64,000 nucleotides of DNA from Vulcanimicrobiota bacterium (GCA_963795855.1 CAWCIZ010000005.1:1-64000), one strand, 5' to 3'. Numbered from the stretch's first letter, positions 1 through 11,814 are shown. Notes: generated by a model from the sequence alone, not told the origin. Numbers and translations: made by a program.

Positions 1-378
1 ATGTTGTGTGTCTCTCTCCCCTTCGTTCAGTTGCGTATTGTTTTCTACGTCATCGCGCGTCCCTAGGATCCCTTGGCGTACAAAAAGCCGGCAGCCAGCT
101 CTCGAAATCGCTACCGGGCGTGCGCATCGTGATCCTAGGGTGCGGCTTGAGTTCCGGCAACGCGACTCGCGAGCAGCTCTCCGTCAGATACGGTCGAAGC
201 GCGGCCGCGAACGTCCCTCTCGGACTTCGACGAGTCAGCTCTAGCCGAGACGGACCGGGCCGAGGCACAACGTACGCGCTCCGCGCATTGCCCTCGAAGG
301 CGGCGAGCGCAGCGCGACGCCCCCGCCCAGCGCCGTGGCGAGCGCCACGGACCGGCGGCGCCCACGGCTTTCAGTGCG

Positions 379-732
379 CTACGAGTGCCCACGTGACGCA
401 GGTCGTCGGGTGCGCTCGTTGGCGAGTGCGACCCACGCCTCACGATGGCAACGACGCCCAACACGACCCTCGTCCAGACGGCTCCGGCATCCCCTGGAGC
501 CAGGACGAATTGATGAACAGCCAAATGCCGGCCAGAATATCGATTCGGCCGAAGCTGCTCCTTTGAGATGACCCTGCACCGACTTTCGATGATGGCGACG
601 ATGTCATCAGCGATCCGGTGATGATCGCGACCAATGCCGAACGTCGATGACTGTGCCAATACAAATGGCGTAATGATCGACAGCACACCGATGGCGATGT
701 TCACCCATGGTGCACCGATTCGTGACCTCCAT
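379..732 (-). pseudogene. SPW-repeat-like small membrane protein, frameshifted
   Basis: GGAGG then ATG at 732; fragments NIAIGVLSIITPFVL, ILAGIWLFINSSWL and AVWTRVVLGVVAIV in different frames resemble SPW repeats. End approximate. Confidence 0.4.
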
Positions 733-917
733 TTTTGTCGAGACCTCCACCGGGTTCGTACCCATTCGCGTGCAGTCGCGTAGCGACCATCGGAGGTTTC
801 TGCTACAAACGCTCGAAACGCTGGAACCAGCCTGGCAATCTATCGACTGGCCGCAACGGGCGGCCCTCGGGACGCCGGACCGCTCCCCTGAATCAGCCGA
901 AGAACGCCGCGCCGAAA

Positions 918-1850
918 TTACGCAGGTTCGCTCGAATGCAGCGTGAGGATACTGCCGCTGAGATCTGCCCGCCTCGATGAACGTCTTGCGAGCATGTCCG
1001 CCCCAAAGCGTGAGGGACCCGCGAGAAGCGAGAGCGCCTTCGCGCGCCTGGGAAGTCGATAGATCGCTGCGGGTAGCAGGATGCCTGCGGCGAGCGTATG
1101 CCGGCGCAACCCGATGCCGGCGACCGCCGAACATTGGCTTTCCGAGTCGGCCAGCGTCCCGCTGGAACGACACCAGAAAGCGGCCTCCGCGGCCTCAGCA
1201 GTGAGCTCTAAGCGCTCGAGCTTGCGACGCGTCGCTTCAGAGGCGGGAGTGAACGTGAGCAACGCCGCGTTCAGGGCGCAGGCGGCGGCGAGGCCGGAAA
1301 ACACACTCAGTGGGACGTGCCGCTTGCCCTTTGCCCATAGCGAATTGCTGTCGCGCTAATCGAGTACCACCGTGTAGCCGCTCATGAACAGCGGAGCAGG
1401 GCGTGCATCGGTTTCGTCATCGCTACAGGCGCCAGAGTACGCACGAAGAGGGCGCCAATCGGCGCGCGCGAGCTCCTCCGCTGCGGCGACCGCCGACACG
1501 GTCGAGAAACCGATGAGTTCCCCGACACGCCCATCGACATCGGCGAGCGAATTTTACGACGCGCAGCATGTGATGGAAGCGCTCCGGCCGGCCAAGGTGC
1601 GAGATGCGGATCAGGGGTGGAGGCGGTCGCCAGGCAAGGGCAAGGTAACGCCCATTGCGCGCAAGGTCACGGTCGCGATGTCGTCGGCGAGCGCAACAAG
1701 GAGGCCCGTCGCTCCCATGATTCCACCGGCAAAGAGATAGACAATCACCTCGCCGCCCCAGGCGGGTGCTTGAGGAGCGGCTCGATGTAATAGGAAACGC
1801 CGGGCTGCGCGAGCGGACTCGTCGCCGAGCCAGGCGCCGGCCGCAGACGC
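918..1850 (-). pseudogene. NrfD/polysulfide-reductase-type membrane anchor of formate dehydrogenase, multiple frameshifts
   Basis: Fragments PAWGGEVIVYLFAGGIMG, HLGRPERFHHMLRVVKF, GYTVVL and FSGLAAACAL; lies directly after the Fe-S subunit. Start approximate. Confidence 0.7.
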
Positions 1851-2712
1851 ATCGGGGGTTGCGGGACCAAATCTCGTCGGCTCACGCGGCCGCCTCAAGA
1901 TCGCCAGTGCCGACGATGGCTAGAGCGAAGGCGGTCGCGCAGCGCTGCGCTAGGCGGCGGGCTGAGGCTGCTCGGCAGACCCGGCGACGGAAGGTTGTAG
2001 AACGTCGGGACGATTTTCTTGTAAGAAGAAGAAGAGGCATTGAGGTCGCCGACGGACGTCTGCTCGATCCACGCCGTAGAGCGACGCATCGACTCCTCTC
2101 GAACGCAGCGCCGTAACGCGCCGTCGCGCATGGGTCGGAGGGTGCGCACGTCACCGAATTGGATCGATTCTGTCGGGCATGCTTCGGCGCACGCCGGTAT
2201 GAAGCCGACGCGTTGCCGGTCGTAACACAACGTGCACTTTCCGGCGACGCCGCCCGTCAGCTGCACGGCATCGTCGGTACTCTCGGCCGTCAAGTTCAAG
2301 CGGGTTCGCCGGGGGCTCCATCGTGGCCATCAGATCCACGACGCCAAATGGACACGACGGAACGCAGTAGCCGCATCCGTTGCAGACGTCGGGCTGGATG
2401 TAGACGTTCCCGAACTCGTTTCAATGACGCGCCGGTCGGGCACGGCTTCGAGGCAGCCCGCATGGGTGCAGTGCTTGCATACGTTCCTCATCACGAGCCA
2501 GCGCGCGACGGCCGGGACTCCGACTGGACATCGGATTGTTCGATGAAGGCGACGTGCCGCCACGTCGTCCCACCGAGGGCAAGGGTGTTGTCGTAGGAGG
2601 CCCCGCTGAACTCGCCGTCCTCCGCCGGAAGCTGGTTCCACTGCTTGCACGCGACCTCGCACGCTTTGCATCCGATGCAAAGGGACGTATCGGTGAAGAA
2701 CCCCATTGCCAT
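1850..2712 (-). pseudogene. fdnH: Formate dehydrogenase iron-sulfur (beta) subunit, frameshifted
   Basis: MGFFTDTSLCIGCKACEVACKQWNQLP, CKHCTHAGCLEA, KCTLCYDR...PACAEACPTESIQFG and PTFYNLP fragments. End approximate. Confidence 0.85.
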
Positions 2713-2724
2713 GGAGGAACCCGC

Positions 2725-4073
2725 TTAAGCCGGTGGTCGCCGCAGCGTGACGGCTTCGGGTTTTCTCGTGACGAACGGAAGGATCGCGGCAACGACGAGC
2801 ATGATGGCGACGGGAACGAGCGCTCCTTCAAACGACCCGGTGCGATCCTTGACGATGAACCGACGAGCGGCCCGACGAGTCCCCCAACGCCCCAGGCCGT
2901 CAAGATCATTCCATAGTTGACGCCCATGAAGCGTGTGCCGAAGTAGTCCGCATTGAACGACGGCATCGTGCCGAAGCCCCCGCCATAGCACAACAGCACG
3001 ATCGCAAAGCAAAGACCTACCGCGAAAAACAATGCAACTGGGCGAGCACAACAAAGACGACCGCCTGAATTCCAAAGATGAGGGCGAAGGCCAGGTTGCG
3101 ACCAATCCGGTCCGAGACAGCACCCCAAAAGAAGCGTCCAGTCCGTGAAGACGGCGAGAAATCCATACACCGCGCCAGCGACCGCTGCTGAGGCGCTCGT
3201 AAGATCGCTGTAGATCGGCACCGCATTGCTGATGATCAGAAGGCTGCGGTCACGTTGAGGAATAGCATCAGCCACAGCAGATAGAACTGCGGCGTGCGTA
3301 AGACGAGCGACGGCTCGTAGTGACGTTCGTTCGCCACGGCCGCCGTAACCGTTACGGTAGCAGCGTGGCCCGGGGGAGGATTGGACAAAAGCAGTGCACT
3401 GAGACCCCCGACTACCAAGAAGATGAGGCCTGACACGACGAAGATCGTGAAGATGGCGCTCGTGTCGGCCGCGGTGATCTCGCCGCTGCCGGCAGTGTGG
3501 TCGGGTCGAAGGCGACGTGTGCCTTCACCGCGGCATCCTTTGCTGCCACGTAGGCGGTGGCGTGCTTTGCGGCCAGCGCAAACGACGGTACCCGCGTCAC
3601 GATCTGGTTGTAAAAGAACGCTCCGAGGCCAAAGCCCATTACGACCATTCCGCTGGCGAGGCCGCGCCGGTCCGGAAACCACTTCGTGACGGTCGCCACC
3701 GGCGTAATGTAACCCATTCCGAGCCCCAGGCCACCGATCACGCCGTACGTCAGGTAGATCCACCACACTCCCAAGGACGTCGTTGCGACGCCGGCGAGCA
3801 GGTTCCCGAGACCCCCAGAACGACGCCTGCAATCGTCACGGCCCGCGGTCCGACGCGATCCTGCCATCGTCCCCCGATGACCGCTCCGACGCCGAGGAAA
3901 AAGATCGCAAGGGCGAAGGTCCACGTCGTCACCGTGTTGCTCCAATGTTGGCTCGCCAGCAGCGGACGCGTGAACAGACTCCAAGAGTAAACCGTGCCCA
4001 GACAGATCATCACGATGGTGCCGGCCGCGGCGATGAGCCAGCGGTTCCGAACTGCAGCCTCAGGTTGCCTCAC
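2725..4073 (-). pseudogene. OFA-family MFS oxalate/formate antiporter, frameshifted
   Basis: RWLIAAAGTIVMICLGTVYSWSLF, KWFPDRRGLASG..VMGFGLG, TPQFYLLWLM, YGGGFGTMPSFNADYFG..GVNYGMILTAWG. Confidence 0.85.
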
Positions 4074-4770
4074 TCAACGCCCTCCTGCATGTCGATGCCT
4101 CGCGCTGACGACTGGCCCGCAGTCGTTCGTTGTTCCTCCGGAACGGGTAGGCTCACTGCGCCTCGGACTCGCAGCGTCCGCCTCCCCGGCCGGATGCGGC
4201 ACGTCATCGTTTTCGCTTCGTGGATGGAGACATTGGGATCCATGACGAGCGGCACCAAATCTCCGACGCTGTCGCCCGTCGCCTTTCCGAGCGTCCCGTA
4301 ATTGTACGGGATGCCAATCTGGTGGACACGCTTGCCTTTACCCAGCCGGACCGGACGCATTCGGCCGCTTACCAGAGCACGGCCCTCGACCTCGGCGAGC
4401 GCGGTCGTAACGGTGACCCACGATCCATTGGCGATGCCCTTCTCAACGGCAAGCTCGGGATCGATCTCCACGAAAAGCGCCGGCTGAAGCTCCGCAAGCC
4501 ATGGGTTGAACGGGTCATGATGCCAGAATGCTCGGTAAGCCGGTACGTCGTCAAAACGTGCGGGAACTCCGGCGATGCGGTGGGGTTCGTCGGGTTATCG
4601 CGCCGCCGCCATTCGCGCAAGGTCGGATTGTGTTGCTGCCGGTAGACGATGTTCGGAACGACGGATTCGACCGGTTCGTAGTGTGCCGGAAGCGGACCAT
4701 CCTTGAGCGTCCCCGTCGCGAAGATCTGTCCCGTCCCTTCCGGCAACATGATGAACGGGTTGGTGGCTGC
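4070..4770 (-). pseudogene. fdnG: C-terminal fragment of formate dehydrogenase alpha (molybdopterin) subunit; N-terminal part missing
   Basis: PFIMLPEG..DGPLPAHYEPVES, FPHVLTTYRLTEH, EIDPELA..GIANG.WV, DPNVSIHEAK; homology stops near 4770. Confidence 0.85.
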
Positions 4771-4827
4771 GTGACGTCATTTGCACCCGGCAGAACAGTT
4801 CGCCAAATGACCTGGAGGAAGGCCCAA

Positions 4828-5138
4828 ATGAACGAAATTTGTGCTCACCGGAAATGTTCTTCCGCAAACCGGAATGCGCTGCCGATCCGGAAAGGCCCTT
4901 TGCAAATTCGCGGTAAGACGACCGTGAAGTGCATCACCATGCTACACGACTTCAACATACGGCTGGGAGGATTTGGCCGAGCAAGCTAACGCCTTGAAGA
5001 AGGGCGGCTTCGTCCGTGTCGAGGGAGCACTGCAGGCGTCGGTTTATTTGACCTCTGGTGGCTGAAGCGCGTTCGTGGTTAATGCTCAGAGCGTCAGAGC
5101 CGATGGGTCGAGCGTCGCAACAAAGAGACCATCCGCTC
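4828..5138 (+). pseudogene. ssb: Single-stranded DNA-binding protein, frameshifted
   Basis: GGAGG RBS and ATG at 4828. Joined frames give MNEI-VLTGNV...GKALCKFAV...EDLAEQANALKKGGFVRVEGALQ, an SSB OB-fold pattern. Followed by a terminator. Confidence 0.65.
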
Positions 5139-5171
5139 AAGCCTCGCTGTCAACCAGCGGGGCTTTTTTTT
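5139..5171 (+). terminator. Rho-independent terminator
   Basis: AAGCCTCGCTG-tcaac-CAGCGGGGCTT stem followed by a T-run. Confidence 0.8.
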
Positions 5172-5557
5172 CAAGCCTGAGCATCGGAATTTGATCGTTA
5201 AGGCAGCTCCGGGCGAGCACGGTGAGGGCCTTCCTTACGCCGCTGCATGGCGACACGTATTATGTGTCAGTACTTCCGGTGCGGGCCACCTCCCTGCGAT
5301 ACGATGACCTCGTTCGAATCACCGCTGACGGCATAGTCATATATTCTCTCGCACCGGGTTACCGTTTCGCATATGCCCGTCTTTCGGATGAACGTCATTT
5401 TGGGAATATTCGACCATCGGACGTGTGGCCCAAGTTGAGCGATCGTTTGTGTTTATAAGAACTATGCCACAGTCGTTTCACTTATCCGACGTTGACCTCG
5501 TCGCTAACGTCGCCGACCGTGCGGCCTTCTGAAACTGCTAAACCCGAGTGTTCATTT

Positions 5558-6135
5558 ATGCAACTTGTAAATGGAGCACAAAATGACGATTTCTACGCCA
5601 ATGGACGCGACGACATTGCAGATGCTTCACGCCTTTTGTTGACGCCGTCGGCTTCTGGAGCCAGTGGGATCAGGCCGTATTTTGCGTTTGGGCCTTCGGT
5701 TGTCACATTGCGCTGGAGAATGGAATTGAATACATCTCAAAGAGCTGGAGCGCTATGCGGACACATCGGACGCTTTACGGCGTCTCGGTGCGGATCTGAT
5801 CAATCGCCAGCCCCGCGGCGGGCCTTTCGTTGTCGAGGAACGCACAGCGTATTTGCGCTCACGATCCGAAATGGCGGGTCGCCCATGAGTTTGGGCACGC
5901 ACTCGACCTGGCCCTGGACGGCAATGTGTATTTGTCGTCCACGGATAGAGCGATTCGCGACGCGTATCAGAACGCGCGAAGGACTTATGTTACGCCTTAC
6001 GCAGCGACAGCGGCAGACAAACTTCTTCGCAGAGTCTCTACGCGTCTTCTATTTGCAATGATTCGACCTCGTTTTAGCCAGAAGACAGCCGCCGAACATC
6101 TTCACCACACAGAATTGGAAATGTGTGAGCCGTGA
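5558..6135 (+). pseudogene. HExxH zinc metallopeptidase (anthrax lethal factor/MtfA-like motif layout), frameshifted
   Basis: VAHEFGHALD followed by YVTPYAA and, in another frame, FFAESL. Confidence 0.55.
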
Positions 6136-6278
6136 CATTTTCGCCAGGAAATTGCATCACAAAATGACGAGCGGACCTAAGAAGAAGGTCCGCTCAAGGC
6201 GGGCAGGGCGCTTCAATGTCTGTCTGCTGATTTGCTTTGCTGCTCTATCTTGATGGCGCCGTCGTTGCGGCGAGCGAT

Positions 6279-6515
6279 TCAACGGCTGTCCGAACGTAGG
6301 CCGCGATGTAAGTTCAACCAAGCCGGGAACTCGCGGTATTCGAGGAAGCGCGGGCGATAACACCGGCACTCCAGCCACGCTCCACCGTCTGAGCGATGGT
6401 CGACGAGAATGTGCCAGAACCGCGCAGTTGCTGGCGACATTCGCTTACGTGCTTTGGCGGGCTTTCTTTGCCAACAGTTGGCGACGTGTTCTGCGATTAC
6501 GGAATCCAAATCCAT
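6279..6515 (-). CDS. Hypothetical protein
   Basis: AGGAG RBS upstream of ATG; divergent from the oriT/mob genes. Confidence 0.35.
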   Translation of the reverse strand: MDLDSVIAEHVANCWQRKPAKARKRMSPATARFWHILVDHRSDGGAWLECRCYRPRFLEYREFPAWLNLHRGLRSDSR

Positions 6516-6699
6516 CCTGCTTTGCTCCTGAGAAAGGGCGATTCGATGAACTACGTTTTCGTAACCGCCTCACGGCGACTGGTAATCAACTGGCCGAATG
6601 AAATCGGCGCTTCCTTATCCGACGGCCTATGTCGGCCATCGGATATCCCAGGCATGGACAATCACAACCGCGCCGATGACGCTGATATCTCATCAGTTT

Positions 6700-6822
6700 A
6701 AACGGACAGGATAGGTCGGACAGTACCAATCCGACGGTTCCGCCTCCGGCGGCCGGGGAACCACTTTCAAGCGAGCCACGTGCAATCTTCGCAGGTGGTG
6801 CGAGACTGGTCGGACAGTACCA
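6700..6822 (-). other. oriT: Origin of transfer (oriT), RP4/MOBP-type nic site
   Basis: Minus strand reads CCGACCTATCCTG^TCCG (6707-6716 = ACCTATCCTG, the RP4 nic core). Adjacent inverted repeat GTCGGA/TCCGAC and 15-bp direct repeat GGTCGGACAGTACCA (6714, 6808). Directly upstream of the RHH and relaxase genes. Confidence 0.75.
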
Positions 6823-7179
6823 TCGAACAGCGTCCTAAAATCGCACCGTACGCTTCCCCAAAACGCCAAAAGAAAATCTACCCTCTCGCAGGATGCTTGC
6901 GATGCGCTATTGCGCGCCTCCGTTGCGCGCGTAACGTCACCGAATCGGCATACGTTGAGACGCTGGTTCTATCCAGGCATCACTGCCCGAACAATCGCAG
7001 ATGTCGCGCGTCTTTGCGTTGGCCTCGCTCCGCAGTATGAATCGCAACGGCTACGCGATTTACAACGCGAGATAACGGATGCCTTGGCCGCCCTTATATC
7101 CGTGAGCCTAGCGAGGAACAACGCGAAGCATAAGCCGCCTTATGGCCGTTATCGCGAAAGTCGAAGCATACGTGCTTAG
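6780..7179 (+). pseudogene. Ribbon-helix-helix relaxosome accessory protein (MobC-like), frameshifted
   Basis: Joined frames read KRQKKIY-LSQDACDALLRASVA-RNVTESAYVETLVL, an RHH pattern; lies between oriT and relaxase. Confidence 0.5.
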
Positions 7180-7271
7180 TCGTAATTCCAAGGACGACGA
7201 GATCGTCGCTGCCCTGATGACGTTAGCGCAACGCCGGTTCCGTTGTGACGACCTCGCTGCTGGATGGCCGC

Positions 7272-10204
7272 ATGATCGTTAAGAAGAACCGAGGCCGTCA
7301 AATCCGGCAAAGGCTACTTTCCGGATCTTCAGCGTTACCTGACTGTGACGAACGATGGCTCGCAACGCCCAGAGCCTGATCGCGTTCCTTGCGGGTAACG
7401 TTGCCAACCCGATTACCGCTCACCTTGAGATCCGGACTGTTGGCGGCGCAGCATCCCCGCGTGCTAGACGCCGTGTTGCACCTGACTAACAGTTGGCGAC
7501 CTGGCGAATTCGTTTCTATCGATGACGCAAAAGAGGCAGTTCAGGTCACGCTTCGTTCCCTTGGGTTGATGCGCACCAATGGTTTGCGGCCATACATTTT
7601 GACCCTGATGACGGTCGAACTCACTTACACATCGGAGTGAATCGCATCCCATCCGGTTACCAGACGCGTGTGGAACAAACGGCGGGATTACCCGCTTCTT
7701 GCGCGGGCGGCTGAATGGGTTGAAACACGATTAGGGTACGCGCACGACCGGCATATGGACTGGCGCGCATCGTTGAACGAAATCGAACTCGGCGTATGCG
7801 AGGTCGCATTGCGCGAACTATCGCCGCCCCAGTTGCCGGCAGGCTTAGGCATCCCATATGGCAACGCTGGGGTGCAAGAACGCGACGCTGTCCGGCTTTC
7901 CGGCTATCGCTGGGTACGATTTTCGAGAACGAGGTCATTCCAGCCGTGAGTGAGGCTGCAAAGCGTGCGGAAACTATGAGCGAGTACTGGCGTCGCTTCG
8001 GGCGTACGATCTCTACCTGGTTCCACGGCGCGGTGGTGCGCGAAATCATTGGCCCGGAGCGCGGACAAAAACGTCAAAGCATCGCGCCTTGGCTTAGACA
8101 TTCAGTAAGCTGACGAGCAGGCTCGGGCCGATCCCGGAGTTGCGGCCGATCGTTAGTAAGCGCGATCGCGACACCATAGCCTTGATTCGTAAGGAATCGC
8201 AGACGCTCGACGTTCTTCACGAGCAAGTGGAGGCGCTTGGCTTTGCGCTGGCGCGCGCCGGTGGAGGGCTACAACTGGTCAGTTTGCGTGACGGTCGTAG
8301 CATTCGTGCGAGCGCGGTCGGCCTCAGCCTTCATAGCGTAGTACACCAGTATGGGACCTATCACGAATCTCCAGCCATGATAGAGCGCGAAAAGCGGTCG
8401 GAACAGAGACGCGCCCGCGACCTGGGCCTAAAACTAAATCTTTTGAGGGAACAGCCGCAGCTTATCATTGAGCGCTTATCGTATCGGAGCTCGACATGGG
8501 ATTCGCTAGACATTGATGCTGAAGTCCGCGCTATCGTCGGCTTACCGAACGATCGATGATGCAGCGCTAGAGAACGCCCTGGAGGCTACGATTGAAGCGG
8601 CGATCGCGCAGTGCGTCACTGTTCGGGCAGCACGCGTAGATTCGGAAAGCGGGCGCACGATGACGAGCGCCGTCTATTCGACGACTGAAATCATGGCCGA
8701 AGAGACCGAGTTAATCTCGATCGGGCGCGAGATGGTTAGTCAGGGCAATATCAACGCAGCATCCATGGCGATGAAGAACGGCTTCAACATCCGCTAGACC
8801 TTGATCACCAACAGAGGCGAGTATATGACGGCACTGTCGAGTCGATATGGTGGCAGTATCGTCCTGGTTAATGGCGTTGCGGGAGCCGGTAAGACGCGAG
8901 CGCAGCGAGCCGTTGCGCGTTCTTTGGAGCAGGCTGGGATGCGCGTTATCGGATGTAGCGTTGTAGGTAGGGCCGCTGTGGAACTGGCAAGCGGAGCGCA
9001 AATTCCTCACTGGACGCTAGCAAAACTCCTCGCGCAGACCTCAGTGCTGGAAAGCAACGCTTTGCGCCAGACACAGTCATTGTTATCGATGAAGCGAGCG
9101 CGTTGGGCGCAAGCCAAGCGCTGCACTTACTCCGCGCGGCGAGGGAGGCAAAAGCCACCGTAATTCTCATGGGTGACACCGCTCAACACGGCAGTGTTGC
9201 CCGAGGAGATGTCTTTAGGCAGTTTTGTGAGGCTTTCGAAAAAGATGTCGTATCCATGGAACGATTACGGCGGGCGGACGAGGAGTGGCTCCAATGGTGT
9301 GCGCCTGCGCTCCGGGGCGCGTCATGGCGTGTAACGCTTCAAAGACCGGATGGCGAATACATATCGGACTCTGTTCCGTGGGCAATGGAACAGCCGAAAG
9401 CGCGGCATGATAAGCGCGCACATGGACACATCGCATGCAATGGAGCATCTTGTTCGACTATGGGCCGCTGATTCGCGCTCCAATAAGGCATTATTGCAAC
9501 GAGACGAACGGACGTCGAGACCTTGAATACAATCGCGAGACGTGCCATGGAGGAAAACCTTGGCAACGAGCGGAGGTACGCGACTGTCTTCGGTGAGCGC
9601 GAGATAGCGATCGGCGAGCACATTGTGGCGCGCGAACGCGGCGACAAAGGCACCGTCAACGGGGATCAACTGATTGTTCGCGCGCACCTTCCCGGACAGA
9701 GTCTGGAATGTGTGCGCGTTCTTGACGGTATAGCCGTGGTGTGGAACGCGGTTCGGCAACCGGCATCGACTATGCGTACTGCCTGACGTGTATGCAGCAC
9801 AGGGAGCAACTCTCGATACAGCATATATATTAGCGACAGGCGCCGATGATCGAGCGGGGATCTACGTCGACGTAACTCGCGCCCGTGAGAATCTCCACCT
9901 CGCATATGGTGAGGATGAGATTTCGGATTTTTCGCGGCTCATCGGAGTTGCTTACCGCCGATACATGAAACGTACCGTGTCAGATGTGCTCGCGAACGAA
10001 GAGCGACAGCGCCAATTCGATTCGATTGCTGCGCGTGCCGTTTCGGCTACTCGTGCCCACCGTGACGACATTAGGTTGAGGCAGTTGCTCCAGCATTCCC
10101 GGCTAGACATTGTTGCGGATGCCGAGGATGAAGCCGTCGACACCATGGAGCGCACCGCGCAGTACGGCGTGGACGCACTCGTGCGCATTTCGAGAGACGA
10201 GTGA
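7272..10204 (+). pseudogene. MOBP relaxase with C-terminal TraA/RecD-like SF1 helicase, many frameshifts
   Basis: MIVKK..GYFPDLQRYLT (motif I Tyr), VLHLTNSWRPGE (motif II), HQWFAAIHFDPDDGRTHLHIGVNRI (HUH motif III). Then GVAGAGKT, VIVIDEAS, VILMGDTAQHGSV, YAAQGATLD and YVDVTRARE. Confidence 0.8.
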
Positions 10205-10802
10205 GGCGCAACATCACGAGATGATCGTCCGTTCCAGGTCCTTGCATTTCAGCGTGCTGCTCGATATAATGCACTGAGCCGCCTTCGGCGGCGCACACCG
10301 GGTATAACGGCGCTGACCTTGCGCGATCAGCAAATGCCGTTACCTCGATAGCGCTTATGTATCAGCTATCTATCGAGGTGTCAACATGCGTTCTTCACTC
10401 AGTCGAAGTCCATGCAATTCGGAAAATTGTCTCGCGCGAGGTCGCGCCCGTTTGTGCCCGACCAGAATTCCAGTATGCTGTTTCAGACCCGCTGGCTATT
10501 ATCTGCGCGGATATGCTGACGACTGTAACCCGCCGCGTACAGCGACATGGTTCGTTCGCGCATTTGTCGCTTGTTGCGAGGACTTGAGCGTTCCACTAAA
10601 GGGCAATGACCTGCAAAGCCTTGATGAGGCCCGTAAATTCTAAGTCTGCTCAAGGCGCGCGGAATGCCATACGAACAATTGCAAATCGTCAGCCGGATCG
10701 GTTCCCGGAAGATTTCCCACAAGTACGGGGTTTTTCGCCAAGTACCCTACGCCAATATGCGAAAGCGTCCCGCAGCAACATGAAGCCGCTTGCGCTGACG
10801 AC

Positions 10803-11291
10803 TTGCCTCCAGATCGGCAAGTGGCTGTTCTGGTACGCCATATGTCAAGCCTTGAACTCAAAGCGTTTAAAGCGCCCTCCGTCGTCGCCTTATATTCTGC
10901 GTGGCGCATTTTGGTCGGGTATTACGCTCCATCTCCTCGCCAAGGACTCGGGGACGTCGCTTCCCTCGCTGCCCTGGTGCACAACGAGCGTGAGCGTACG
11001 GAGGTAGTCCGGCTCTCCGCCGACCTGTTATACCGCGATGTGGACGCTACAGACGACGCCACTGCAGCGCTAAATGAGGTGATGCGTAGTCTTCGCGAAT
11101 TCGCTGTTGGGCGCGCACTTCGAGTTTTGCCGTACAGTGAAATCGCCAGTGACATTAAGGTCGGAACCTGTAACGAAGTATTGCCGAAATCGTGGGGCTT
11201 TTGGGATGCGATTTGCAGAGGAGCTGGGCGCAATGTACGACGACCGGCAGTTTCCGGAGGAGTGGTAACAGTGGTAATCGGGTTTCACTAA
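10803..11291 (+). CDS. Hypothetical protein (island)
   Basis: 162-codon ORF with protein-like composition; no recognised motif. Confidence 0.35.
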   Translation: MPPDRQVAVLVRHMSSLELKAFKAPSVVALYSAWRILVGYYAPSPRQGLGDVASLAALVHNERERTEVVRLSADLLYRDVDATDDATAALNEVMRSLREFAVGRALRVLPYSEIASDIKVGTCNEVLPKSWGFWDAICRGAGRNVRRPAVSGGVVTVVIGFH

Positions 11292-11814
11292 AAAGCAGCA
11301 CCCGATTACCCTAATATTCTTCGATCGCGCTGTATGAAACCGCATGCAAACCAATCATCGGACGCCAGCGTCGACGAACCAGCCGACGATCCTCGCCTAC
11401 GCGATTGACAGCCGCCCCAACATCCGTCGTCATGTTCGCCGTGCGGCGAGGTCGAGTCACTGCGAAATCGTCCTTGCCGGCGATGAAGCAAAGCCGAACC
11501 TACTTGCGCTTTGTCGGCGCGGTCATAGACGGCGACCTCGGCCGCGCTAGCGCCTACGCCACGCCGGTGCTTTACGTTGCAGCACTTTGGCCGTCGGCGA
11601 CCGACCTAGCAGCAGACGGCGCGTCCGATTGATTCGCATGAGCTGGGAAGGCCTTTCAGCGCGGAATATGCGCCTTCACTGCAACGCTTCACTGTACTGG
11701 AGTGAGACTACGCCCGTCAGTCTGCGTTTGCTCTGCTGAGTTGCGTTGACGATTGCGATCATGTTGCGCGTCAGCGCTTACCCATGTCGTGGAAGAGCGG
11801 CCCACAGGATTAGC

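Noticed and set aside
61..140. 10-bp perfect inverted repeat CCCTAGGATC/GATCCTAGGG, 60 bp apart
   Set aside because: Does not extend, no flanking duplication or transposase; insufficient to call an element.
4070..4770. Selenocysteine TGA/SECIS in the formate dehydrogenase
   Set aside because: The N-terminal region that would carry Sec/Cys is absent from the window.
10803..11291. PIN-domain toxin call based on GFWDAI
   Set aside because: The N-terminal DTN-type acidic motif and the remaining PIN residues are not evident.
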